Source of the DNA: a virus
Taxonomy: Duplodnaviria > Caudoviricetes
Strand: one strand, 5' to 3'
Virus record (IMG/VR): IMGVR_UViG_3300003375_000001
Location: 1 to 64,000 of that record
Length of the DNA stretch: 64,000 nucleotides
Part shown: piece after piece, positions 9,295 through 17,354 of the stretch
Position numbering within the stretch: the first letter of the stretch is position 1
Layout of the letters: every line of letters begins with the position of its first letter
Position numbers and translations under genes: made by a program
The notes under the pieces: generated by a model
Databases searched by the model: none
What the model was told of the DNA's origin: nothing
What the model saw: only the letters and a program-made list of their open reading frames with translations

Positions 9295-9486
9295 TTAGAG
9301 CGCCTTGACCTGTTTCACAAGATCAGGGCTCTGCATGGGGATCACGCATACAGGCATCCAGGGGCAATTGTCTCCAGCAGCCTTAGCTGAAGCATAGTCG
9401 GGGTAGGGGCCGTATACTTCGTAGCCTTGTGCCGTTGGCACCAAAAGAATGTGCTTAACTTTGTTAGTCGTGGACTTTGTAGACAT
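9295..9486 (-). CDS. small protein, LVPT-VYGPY family
   Basis: AGGAG RBS; paralog of 7307-7495. Confidence 0.65.
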   Translation of the reverse strand: MSTKSTTNKVKHILLVPTAQGYEVYGPYPDYASAKAAGDNCPWMPVCVIPMQSPDLVKQVKAL

Positions 9487-9536
9487 GATTAATCTCCTAC
9501 TAGAGAGTTGTGAGGAGGGCCTAGGCCCTCACGTAG

Positions 9537-9866
9537 TTACACTGGAATGAAGTGCCCGTTGCTGTCCAGGCGACCTACGTGTGCGACGACTTGGTCGTAG
9601 TTCTCATGAGACAGGTCGCATGTGTTGAAGTGAAACAGCCTGAGGTAGTTGTAAATATGTCCACGTGGCGTACGTTCCAGGCCTTCGACAACAACAGCTC
9701 GGGTGTTTGGGCTGTCTTCCCACTTAACTTCAACCACGTCGCCAGGCTTCAGCTTGCGTGCTGCCTTCTTGGTCAAAGCCTTTTGAAGCTTGAAGTTCAA
9801 AGCGTGGTCGGTGTCATTCGTACTGGCTTGGGATTTTGTTTGCTTTGCCATGAGCATGATTCGCAT
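9537..9866 (-). CDS. KLKPG-family SH3/KOW-like protein
   Basis: ARKLKPGDVVEVKW motif; first gene after the repeat-rich intergenic region. Confidence 0.7.
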   Translation of the reverse strand: MRIMLMAKQTKSQASTNDTDHALNFKLQKALTKKAARKLKPGDVVEVKWEDSPNTRAVVVEGLERTPRGHIYNYLRLFHFNTCDLSHENYDQVVAHVGRLDSNGHFIPV

Positions 9867-9945
9867 CCTTATGCGTGTGTGATTGCGCGTGAATTGACTT
9901 GTGAGGCACGTGCTTCCTCATCTTGATTTTAACAGAAAAACCAGC

Positions 9946-10061
9946 GAAAACGCGCATTTTGCTACATTTTTGATGAAAAACGACAGAAAACGCGCATTTT
10001 GCTACATTTTTAAGCACTTTTTGCTACATTTTTAAGCATTTTCACTGTTTCAGTACATTTT
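9946..10061. repeat. iteron/operator-like direct repeats
   Basis: GAAAACGCGCATTTTGCTACATTTTT at 9946 and 9986; TTTTGCTACATTTTT again at 10019; degenerate copy ~10048. Confidence 0.85.
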
Positions 10062-10136
10062 CTCAGATCGCCGTTTTTGACGCCTTTTAGACGTCCCTAG
10101 AGCCTCCCTAGGACTACTATTTACTGGACAGGGTGC

Positions 10137-10469
10137 TCATTCAAAAGCAGCATTTATAAACGTCTTAGCCACAGATATTGGTATCTCTTGACTAGTAGGA
10201 TCAGGCTTCTCAAAGACGAAAGGCTTAGCCACGTAAGGAACGTAAGCGTCACGCCAGTTAGGATCAAAAAGCCTTCTAGCGAAACCCGGACGGGTCATGT
10301 CACGGTAAAGGGATTCTGAAAAGACATGCGCTACTACGGCTGTAAAGTACTCCTGAAAGTATCCGTAGCTTCGTTGTCCTGTTTCGCGGTTCAAGACCAA
10401 CACACGTTTTAGTAGAGAAGGTTGTGCGTCCAACCTACAAGTGCACCTGCGTTGTTTCCTTACTTTCAT
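10137..10469 (-). CDS. hypothetical protein
   Basis: co-oriented ORF. Confidence 0.55.
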   Translation of the reverse strand: MKVRKQRRCTCRLDAQPSLLKRVLVLNRETGQRSYGYFQEYFTAVVAHVFSESLYRDMTRPGFARRLFDPNWRDAYVPYVAKPFVFEKPDPTSQEIPISVAKTFINAAFE

Positions 10470-10478
10470 ACACGTACC

Positions 10479-10952
10479 TTATTGAGCAATGAGAGCACTA
10501 CGCAGGTCAGGTGTTTCCTTTACCTCGTTAAACAGCCAAACGTACGCGGGTGACAGTTGACGAACCCAGCGGTAGACTTGCAGGTTGCTAGGATCGAGTA
10601 CCTTCCCATTGATAACAGGCACGACATGGTAAGAGCCTTCGTGGTTCAAGGAAGGCGTCTGTACGATAACACGTCTGCCCATAAGGAGGTTCATGATAAT
10701 GGGACTACCTGACATGGTCTCAGGAATATACTGACACCAGTAGTCTCTATCTCGGACAAGGCCTAAGAAGCCAAAAGCTTTGTCAATAACAGGGCCATGT
10801 GTACCTTTCTTGGCTTCGATGTCTTCGACAAAGCTAACAGGCCACTTGTCGTAAACGTCTTCTTGCAGGATAGTGCAGATGCTAGCGAGGAAGCAGTCGT
10901 AACTGCTGCGTTGTTTATAGTGGAGCATAGGAGTCTTTCTTTCAAGAGGCAA
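10479..10952 (-). CDS. peptidase C39-like protein
   Basis: QRSSYDCFLAS (Q..C catalytic segment), YHVV (His), VLDPS (Asp). Confidence 0.65.
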   Translation of the reverse strand: MPLERKTPMLHYKQRSSYDCFLASICTILQEDVYDKWPVSFVEDIEAKKGTHGPVIDKAFGFLGLVRDRDYWCQYIPETMSGSPIIMNLLMGRRVIVQTPSLNHEGSYHVVPVINGKVLDPSNLQVYRWVRQLSPAYVWLFNEVKETPDLRSALIAQ

Positions 10953-11165
10953 ACGCGAAGTGGGGGTTGGCCATGTTAATAGCCTGAAGTTCGAGGGCTT
11001 TAGCGTATAGGGCGTCTAACACGTCGCGAGGAACAATGCAGACAGGAAGGTTATCAGCTAAAGGTAACATGCTATGAATATAGGCGGTTAGGTCGGAGCC
11101 GTCTTTTTGTGGTAAGAACACCACCAGTAGGCCTGAGAACGTCAGGAGCTTTCAGGCCAACGAAG

Positions 11166-11360
11166 TTAGTTATTGTCATTGCTGTTCTCCTCAAAGATAG
11201 GTTTCCATCGATTGTAGGAATAGTATTCCGTTGCCATCATAGTAACAGTAGAGAACAAGGGGTCTCCCGGATTAGAGCAGACCCAAGTGCCGTCCTCGTT
11301 ACGAAAACGCTGCGCACCGTCACGCGGAATGAAGTCTTGGTTAGCTGGTTTTGTCATCAT
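11166..11360 (-). CDS. hypothetical protein
   Basis: AAAGG RBS; co-oriented. Confidence 0.5.
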   Translation of the reverse strand: MMTKPANQDFIPRDGAQRFRNEDGTWVCSNPGDPLFSTVTMMATEYYSYNRWKPIFEENSNDNN

Positions 11361-11366
11361 AGCCTT

Positions 11367-11579
11367 TCAAGTGAGAGGGGTCACAACGAGCCTATGGGTT
11401 AAGCTAAGAGGTTCACCTGTAGAAACTCTAGCTTCACGTAGAAGGTCAAGACACTCTTGCTTAGCTTCTAGAATAACTGGCGTACTGTTTACGTCCTTAC
11501 TATCCCAAAAGTGGTTTTGTTCAAGGCGTCTAATCAGGTAGTCTAATATAAGAGACTTGGCTTCAAGTTTTGTAATCAT
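11367..11579 (-). CDS. hypothetical protein
   Basis: co-oriented ORF. Confidence 0.55.
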   Translation of the reverse strand: MITKLEAKSLILDYLIRRLEQNHFWDSKDVNSTPVILEAKQECLDLLREARVSTGEPLSLTHRLVVTPLT

Positions 11580-11592
11580 AGGCTATTGCTTT

Positions 11593-12144
11593 TCATATGA
11601 GTTGACCTAGTAGCCGGGCCATGTCATAACAATGTACCAGTGCTCTATCTGTGGTATATAAATTCAGTTCATGGTTTAGTAGCACGCGTACTCTGGTCAG
11701 TCCTTCTTCTAACCATATAGCCTGACCTTCTGATCCCGGACGCGTAACTAAGAAGGTCTGCTGATTACCTTGCAACGTCTCCATCTCCTTATTGCTCACA
11801 TACAGGTAATAAGTCTTGTATACGCCTACAAACACGTAATGTGGACCGGGGTCTTTGTAGTAAGGAGGTGTTACCGAGGGCCTGACATTCCACTTGCCTA
11901 TAACCTTACGCGGGTCAGACCCTCGGACGAATGACATATTCACCACTTCGGTCATGGGGTCAATTCGGATCTTGCCGTAACGTTTAACTTCTTCTCCAAG
12001 TATAATACCTGACACATACTTCTCAAGCAGGACTACACCTTGCTCAGAAGAAGGTGGACTATGGTGGTTTAACCAGTAGTCAAGGTTGTCCATAACGAAG
12101 TTGGAAAATCGAACAAAGTCGAAGTAGTCGGCTAACACAGACAT
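11593..12144 (-). CDS. hypothetical protein
   Basis: 183-aa ORF directly downstream of helicase. Confidence 0.7.
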   Translation of the reverse strand: MSVLADYFDFVRFSNFVMDNLDYWLNHHSPPSSEQGVVLLEKYVSGIILGEEVKRYGKIRIDPMTEVVNMSFVRGSDPRKVIGKWNVRPSVTPPYYKDPGPHYVFVGVYKTYYLYVSNKEMETLQGNQQTFLVTRPGSEGQAIWLEEGLTRVRVLLNHELNLYTTDRALVHCYDMARLLGQLI

Positions 12145-12147
12145 AGG

Positions 12148-13671
12148 TTATTGCCTCAAGAAGATGTCGTGACTAGGACGGGTTACCGCAACGTATAGAC
12201 AAGCTTGCATTTCACGTTCATCGGAGTTCGCCATGATGTCGGGAACATCGACAAACACTCTAGACATGGTTGAACCTTGACTCTGGTGAACTGTCTGGGC
12301 GTAGGCATATTTCAATGGAGTGAACGCATTCTTGATTGTCCAGAAGTGCTTCCAGTGAAACTGCTTGGAGCGGCACAAGTCTGCTAGCTTTGAAAGGAGA
12401 CTCTGAAACGCCTCGGGATCAACAGGCATGAAAACGTCTTGAGCCAACTCGTCCAGTTCAACGCGCTTGACATGCAACGGCGGGATACTTATGCCAGAAG
12501 GAGCAGGGAGTATCATACCCTCTGACGTTACCACGGCTTGATTGTATATAGAGTTGAATGTTGCAGCTTGAACCTGAACGGAAGACACCAGAAATTCGTC
12601 ACCAGTGTTAGCGAGTATCTGATTACCGTATTCAGAAAGTACAGGCGATCCTAACGAAACGATGTCATCTGGTTCTAGTTCGTCACCTCGTCCTAGGTGT
12701 GACCGAATGATTTTGTTGTAAGCGTCAACGGTCTTGTTACGCCAGGCCAGTACGCGACAAGTCTCCTGATCATAGTTTTCCAAGATGGCTTGTCTGAACG
12801 TAGAACCCCTGCACAAATGAATGTCGTCCGTGGCTTTGAAGTTATAGTCGTTAGCCCTGACCTGCACACTCAAGCCCACTAGTGTGTTGTTAGAGCGCAG
12901 AATTTCCTTCATCATTACTTTAGGCCCAGGCAGCGAGAAGGCCTCACTGAAGTCTTCACCTACGGGGTTTAACTGAGCGGGGTCACCCATCAATATAGAT
13001 CGCAGGTCGTACAGGCTCGTTTTCTTCTTTAGGCTGTTTACTACAACCTCGTTAAGCATGGACATTTCATCACACATCACCATTACATTCTGGGATGCTA
13101 GAAGGGTGTCCCTACCTGCAGTCTCGACAAGCTCTTTATCCTCAGAGTCACCTTCAGACATCTTCAGTTTGAGGAACGAGTAGATGGTGCGCGCCGGTTT
13201 GTTTAGAGACTTGGAGAGTACATTCTTGGCTTTGTGTGTGGGTGCACAATACTCGAAGGTGTAGTTCTCTCCACCTAGAAGCTTGGCCAGTTCATGTATG
13301 TCGGGTATCTTTCTAGCGAGGTGCGTTTTGCCAGAGCCCGCGTAACCCTTCAACTGAAAGTAGCTGCCTTCTTCTCTTGATTGAACCCAAGTCAGGATCT
13401 TATCAAAGGCTCGTGGCTGATCCCCACGGAGGTCTGCCTTGTGGTAGTTGATAACTCGTTCAAGAAGCTGGCGTCTTTCTTTAAGGCTGAGGTCTCGTAC
13501 TCTCAGTGACCGTATGACGGATCCCACAAGGGTTGCGTACTGGTGATCCGTCAGAGCCTTAGCTTCCTCTGCCAACAGACGAGGGGCAAGCCCTAGAGCG
13601 TCTTTTCCGTTAAGGAGGACAAGACCGGTGGAATGGAAGTAACTGGTTAATGGTTTAAGTGCTTCGGTCAT
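12148..13671 (-). CDS. dda: Dda/RecD2-like SF1B DNA helicase
   Basis: Walker A GYAGSGKT, CAPTHKA, DEMSM, GDPAQLNPV, AYAQTVHQSQGST, LYVAVTRP; start at MTEAL or further upstream (13722). Confidence 0.9.
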   Translation of the reverse strand: MTEALKPLTSYFHSTGLVLLNGKDALGLAPRLLAEEAKALTDHQYATLVGSVIRSLRVRDLSLKERRQLLERVINYHKADLRGDQPRAFDKILTWVQSREEGSYFQLKGYAGSGKTHLARKIPDIHELAKLLGGENYTFEYCAPTHKAKNVLSKSLNKPARTIYSFLKLKMSEGDSEDKELVETAGRDTLLASQNVMVMCDEMSMLNEVVVNSLKKKTSLYDLRSILMGDPAQLNPVGEDFSEAFSLPGPKVMMKEILRSNNTLVGLSVQVRANDYNFKATDDIHLCRGSTFRQAILENYDQETCRVLAWRNKTVDAYNKIIRSHLGRGDELEPDDIVSLGSPVLSEYGNQILANTGDEFLVSSVQVQAATFNSIYNQAVVTSEGMILPAPSGISIPPLHVKRVELDELAQDVFMPVDPEAFQSLLSKLADLCRSKQFHWKHFWTIKNAFTPLKYAYAQTVHQSQGSTMSRVFVDVPDIMANSDEREMQACLYVAVTRPSHDIFLRQ

Positions 13672-13884
13672 GTTCTTTTCGTGATTACACGTACCTACTG
13701 AGTTAACAGAAGTGCCTCGCAACCGTGTATGTCCTGTAGACTAGCCCACCAGTAACGAAGGTAGTAGAATCCAAAAGAAAGCTACCGTGCAGTACCCTTA
13801 TTATGAATAGACAGAATGCACGGTTGAAGAGTAATAAAGTTAGAATGCACAGTAGAAAAAGAAGTAGACGTAATGGGGGAAACA

Positions 13885-13920
13885 AGAGTGTGTCAAATAG
13901 AAGCCAGGTTGACACACTCT
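13885..13920. promoter_or_regulatory. 12-bp perfect inverted repeat in the divergent intergenic region
   Basis: AGAGTGTGTCAA-N12-TTGACACACTCT. Confidence 0.7.
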
Positions 13921-13988
13921 CACTTAAAATGAAACTGTTAAGTTAAAACGTGAGTTAGAGTTTACAGGACTATCTAATAAGGTAAATT

Positions 13989-15635
13989 ATGAAAAAAGAC
14001 ATAGCGTATAAACCTGATCTGAAAAAGAGCAGACTGATACCTGATACCGTTACACAGTCTAGCTGGAGTAACCTAGACTGTTCGAAGTTAGAAACCGAAT
14101 CTCGTATTCAATTAACTTTGATTGAATACCTAGACCTAGTTAAGCTGATGAACAGCCTGGTAAATAAGGAATCCACTCTTGTGTTAGACACGGGAGAGAC
14201 TTTTGGAAAACTGATTCTAACTGTAGACATAGATTCGTGGAAGACAACGGAAAGAAAGTATAAGCAGAAAAGGGAGGCATTAGGTCCTAGCTCATTCTTT
14301 TTTCTTAATTGGGTAAACGATCAGAATAAGCCTACAGAAAAGTACAGGGGTATGCGGGTATCTCTAGTACAGTCTGGGAATCAGTGGTTCTTGAACATGC
14401 ACTACACCCCTGTAAAGTTCTTGACAGGGCAGAATATTCTACCTATAAAGGACAAGGAAACTTGGTTCGATAAACCTATAGTTCATACGCCTGCGGGCTA
14501 CATGAAGATGGGTCTAAACATACTAGGGTTGCACTTGTGGGAACACGGCGTTGATCTAAAGAAGTATGTAAAGCCTGAAAACTTACGTTGGCAGAGCACA
14601 CACCTAGCAGAGCTTGTAAACTGCAAAAGTCAAAAGACGAGGGACAGTCTTTTGACTTTTATAGACAGTGCTTGGGACTGGCACTGGTCTGAAAGAATAG
14701 GGAAACAAAAGATTCAGTATTCTCCTAAAGACCTATTTAGACTAGAGGTTAAAACCTATCAGAATAAAGAGAATTCAGACGAACCGCCGTCCGTGCATGT
14801 GTCACGGGTGAGCGTGGACTCGTCTACCCGTTCCAAGCAGCTATACTCTATTCTGTTCTATCCAAAAGACGTGGAGGTGGAAAACAACGAAGGGGGAACA
14901 GACGACGAAGAGGTAAAGACAGCTATTCAGTCTTCTATTAGGCTTGAGTTTAGGATTACGTCTGACCTATTCAAGATAGATGCCATTCGTAAGTTTGTGT
15001 TGGGGCAGGGGTGGCTTACTAACGAAGACATGGTGGAAAGAGGTAGCTGGGTGTCTACTCTAAGTAAGATGTTTCCAACCCAGGAGGCTTTGGAGAAAAG
15101 GTGGGTTATGCTGAGTCAAGTGATATGGCAAGAGAGCAGCATAACCACTATGTTCAGCCCGCCCTCTGCTGTGGATATAAAGACGTGGGCTGACGAGGAA
15201 AGCAAGCTCATGTCAGACATTGTAGCTTTGTGGTTGAAAGACTTTCGTTCGCCTTTGCCACGAGCTAGGGAAGCCTTCAACAGAAAGCTATTCGGGGACG
15301 CTTCCAGCCGAAAGGTTGAAGCTGCGTACTTGGCTTTTCGTGTTAAGTGGGGGTTCGACTTGAATCGTGTTCCCAAGATAGCCTTGGCTCTGATACACGA
15401 CTCCCTGTGCCAAGCTACCTTCAATCAAGGGGAAAGGTCCAAGATCAAGTCGATGGAATACGACATAGATTGTCTCTATGACGCAGGGATGAGAAAGGAG
15501 GCTCTATTGATGGAGCGGGACTTGATTGACACCATCAGCAAGACCAAAGCGACGGCAAGGTCACGTATTCAAAAATTGAAGTCAGACCTTGCGTTCATAA
15601 AACCCAACAAGACAACTACCCTGCGCATAAGGTAG
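13989..15635 (+). CDS. gene II/X-like (Phage_CRI/Rep_trans-related) replication initiator/nickase homolog
   Basis: PVKFLTGQN, FYPKDVE and IRLEFRI match M13 pII PAKVLQGHN, AYLKHVE and VRFEARI in order; recalled alignment, not searched. Confidence 0.6.
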   Translation: MKKDIAYKPDLKKSRLIPDTVTQSSWSNLDCSKLETESRIQLTLIEYLDLVKLMNSLVNKESTLVLDTGETFGKLILTVDIDSWKTTERKYKQKREALGPSSFFFLNWVNDQNKPTEKYRGMRVSLVQSGNQWFLNMHYTPVKFLTGQNILPIKDKETWFDKPIVHTPAGYMKMGLNILGLHLWEHGVDLKKYVKPENLRWQSTHLAELVNCKSQKTRDSLLTFIDSAWDWHWSERIGKQKIQYSPKDLFRLEVKTYQNKENSDEPPSVHVSRVSVDSSTRSKQLYSILFYPKDVEVENNEGGTDDEEVKTAIQSSIRLEFRITSDLFKIDAIRKFVLGQGWLTNEDMVERGSWVSTLSKMFPTQEALEKRWVMLSQVIWQESSITTMFSPPSAVDIKTWADEESKLMSDIVALWLKDFRSPLPRAREAFNRKLFGDASSRKVEAAYLAFRVKWGFDLNRVPKIALALIHDSLCQATFNQGERSKIKSMEYDIDCLYDAGMRKEALLMERDLIDTISKTKATARSRIQKLKSDLAFIKPNKTTTLRIR

Positions 15636-15692
15636 TGGTTATCTGTTAAGACTGTGTATAGCCTTCTAATTCTTGGAAAATATTGGAAAAAC

Positions 15693-15878
15693 ATGAGTAA
15701 GACAACTACAGTACGGGCTAGGATTGATTCCACCCTTAAGAACAAAGCCACTGTCATCCTTGAGTCAAGAGGCCTAGACACTAGCACCGCTATTAGACTT
15801 TTCTTGGCTAAGGTTATTGAAGTTAATGGCTTGCCCTTCAACCTCAAATCAGATAAGGCTGAAGAGGAAAAGGTATGA
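15693..15878 (+). CDS. RelB/DinJ-family ribbon-helix-helix antitoxin (orphan)
   Basis: TVRARIDSTLKNKATVILESRGLDTSTAIRLFLAKVIEVNGLPFNL fits the RelB/DinJ consensus. Confidence 0.85.
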   Translation: MSKTTTVRARIDSTLKNKATVILESRGLDTSTAIRLFLAKVIEVNGLPFNLKSDKAEEEKV

Positions 15879-16201
15879 GCAGCGTAACTGACATTATCCT
15901 GCATACGTTTCTTGACGATGGTAGCTTCTATCAAAGAGGTCTTACACCCAACGCTGACAAGCTAAGTGACTACTTGGATAAAAAGTATGGGCCTTGTTGT
16001 GCTCTGTCTAAAGTTAGCCAAGACATGGACGGTAACAAAACTATGCAAGCAGATATCTTTGGTGTTGCTATTAATGGGTGTGACCAGGAAGACTTAATTA
16101 AAGTCTTCAAGTCCATTACGTGGCAGTACCCAGAGTGTGCTCAGTTGTTCATCAAGTGTGAAAACGATGATAAGTTCCGAGTTATCAACTACGAGGACTA
16201 A
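15875..16201 (+). CDS. hypothetical phage protein
   Basis: ATGA overlap; no RelE/YafQ motifs recognised. Confidence 0.7.
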   Translation: MSSVTDIILHTFLDDGSFYQRGLTPNADKLSDYLDKKYGPCCALSKVSQDMDGNKTMQADIFGVAINGCDQEDLIKVFKSITWQYPECAQLFIKCENDDKFRVINYED

Positions 16202-16214
16202 CTGGAGAAGAAAG

Positions 16215-16379
16215 ATGAATAGGATTGAGACAATCGACGTTGTAGCTGCGCCTGTAGCTGACGGTGACCTTCTACTCGTGCAGGAAGGTCCTATGAACAG
16301 AGTTCAGCAGTGCGTGATACTGAACCTCGAGGTCATCACTGGACTAGAGGTCATTCCTTGGCCAGAGTACAGGAAATGA
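16215..16379 (+). CDS. hypothetical protein
   Basis: GGAG RBS before MNRIE. Confidence 0.55.
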   Translation: MNRIETIDVVAAPVADGDLLLVQEGPMNRVQQCVILNLEVITGLEVIPWPEYRK

Positions 16380-16618
16380 GCATGGACACTGCTGTAGACA
16401 AGGTACGTGAGACTTGTGAGCAGAATGATAAGCCTCTTCTATTTGTGGTATGGATTGATAGTAACTGCGGGTACTCAGCACCTCTGTGGTGGCGCAACAG
16501 TGTACCCAAGATTTTGTCTGAGGCTTTGGATGAAGCAGCTAACTGTAGACTGCGGGGCTTTCCAACGCAGATACTTACCGAGTTTGAATTTCCTGATGAG
16601 CCTTTCGAACTATTCTGA
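16376..16618 (+). CDS. hypothetical protein
   Basis: ATGA overlap. Confidence 0.6.
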   Translation: MSMDTAVDKVRETCEQNDKPLLFVVWIDSNCGYSAPLWWRNSVPKILSEALDEAANCRLRGFPTQILTEFEFPDEPFELF

Positions 16619-16630
16619 GATAGGAAACGT

Positions 16631-16927
16631 ATGCCAACGACTCTTATACCGTGCTGCGACTTTCATAGTAAGCCACGCGACATTCAGGAACACCTTTCTC
16701 AGATGAAAGAGGTGTACGGAAAGTTGTTAACTGGAGAAGACGTAGACGTACCAAGAGGATACATGCTTATCCCTTTTGGCCTCGTAGTACCGCCTGTCCA
16801 TCGTACCTTTCACAAGGTGTTTGGTTGGAGTGACCTTACGCGTGACACCAGCACCATGACGCCTGTTTTCGCTAAACCAAACGGCAACATACGCGCATAC
16901 GCCTATCCTCACATAGTGGAGTGTTAA
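16631..16927 (+). CDS. hypothetical protein
   Basis: AGGA RBS. Confidence 0.6.
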   Translation: MPTTLIPCCDFHSKPRDIQEHLSQMKEVYGKLLTGEDVDVPRGYMLIPFGLVVPPVHRTFHKVFGWSDLTRDTSTMTPVFAKPNGNIRAYAYPHIVEC

Positions 16928-16928
16928 C

Positions 16929-17354
16929 GTGACTACCAACAAACTGATAAACCTTATTGACGAATGGCACAAGGCAGAGAATAAACGGCTAGATTGCCAT
17001 CGGTATATACAAACAGTTGAAGACGAACCAGAAGACCGTGAAGAGTTAGCACAGCGCACTAACCAAGCGGATAACGCGCGTCAAACTATGCTACGTGCCA
17101 TTAACGCTTTGGGAACACTGGAAGACTATGTTCGGTTAGAAGATATAACTACCTTGCTGCCCGAGACTCCAGTCCAGCTAACTCACATTCATCATGACCT
17201 TCTGTGGGAAGCAAACAAGTCAAGCTGCATAAGTAAGCACGACTTCGTTGAAGGTGTTATAGCCACTGAGAAATTTTTGTCTGGCTGGCTATTCCTGTCC
17301 TCTAAGCAAGGGCTGCTGACTGCGTTAAGCTTACCTAAAGGAAAGGACAACTAA
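16929..17354 (+). CDS. hypothetical protein
   Basis: GTG start with GGAG RBS. Confidence 0.65.
   Translation: MTTNKLINLIDEWHKAENKRLDCHRYIQTVEDEPEDREELAQRTNQADNARQTMLRAINALGTLEDYVRLEDITTLLPETPVQLTHIHHDLLWEANKSSCISKHDFVEGVIATEKFLSGWLFLSSKQGLLTALSLPKGKDN

Noticed and set aside
9814-10017. 67-aa ORF across the direct repeats
   Set aside because: It is a translation of the repeat tract, has no RBS and overlaps the likely promoter region.
9946-10061. CRISPR mini-array
   Set aside because: Repeat spacing is irregular (40 and 22 nt), the intervening sequences are too short and A/T-rich to be spacers, and no cas genes are present.
13909-13937. Canonical sigma70 promoter from TTGACA at 13909
   Set aside because: No TATAAT-like -10 at 16-18 nt spacing on either strand (TAAAAT is only 10 nt away).
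15693-16201. Complete RelBE/DinJ-YafQ toxin-antitoxin pair
   Set aside because: The downstream ORF lacks the basic residues and motifs of RelE/YafQ RNases.
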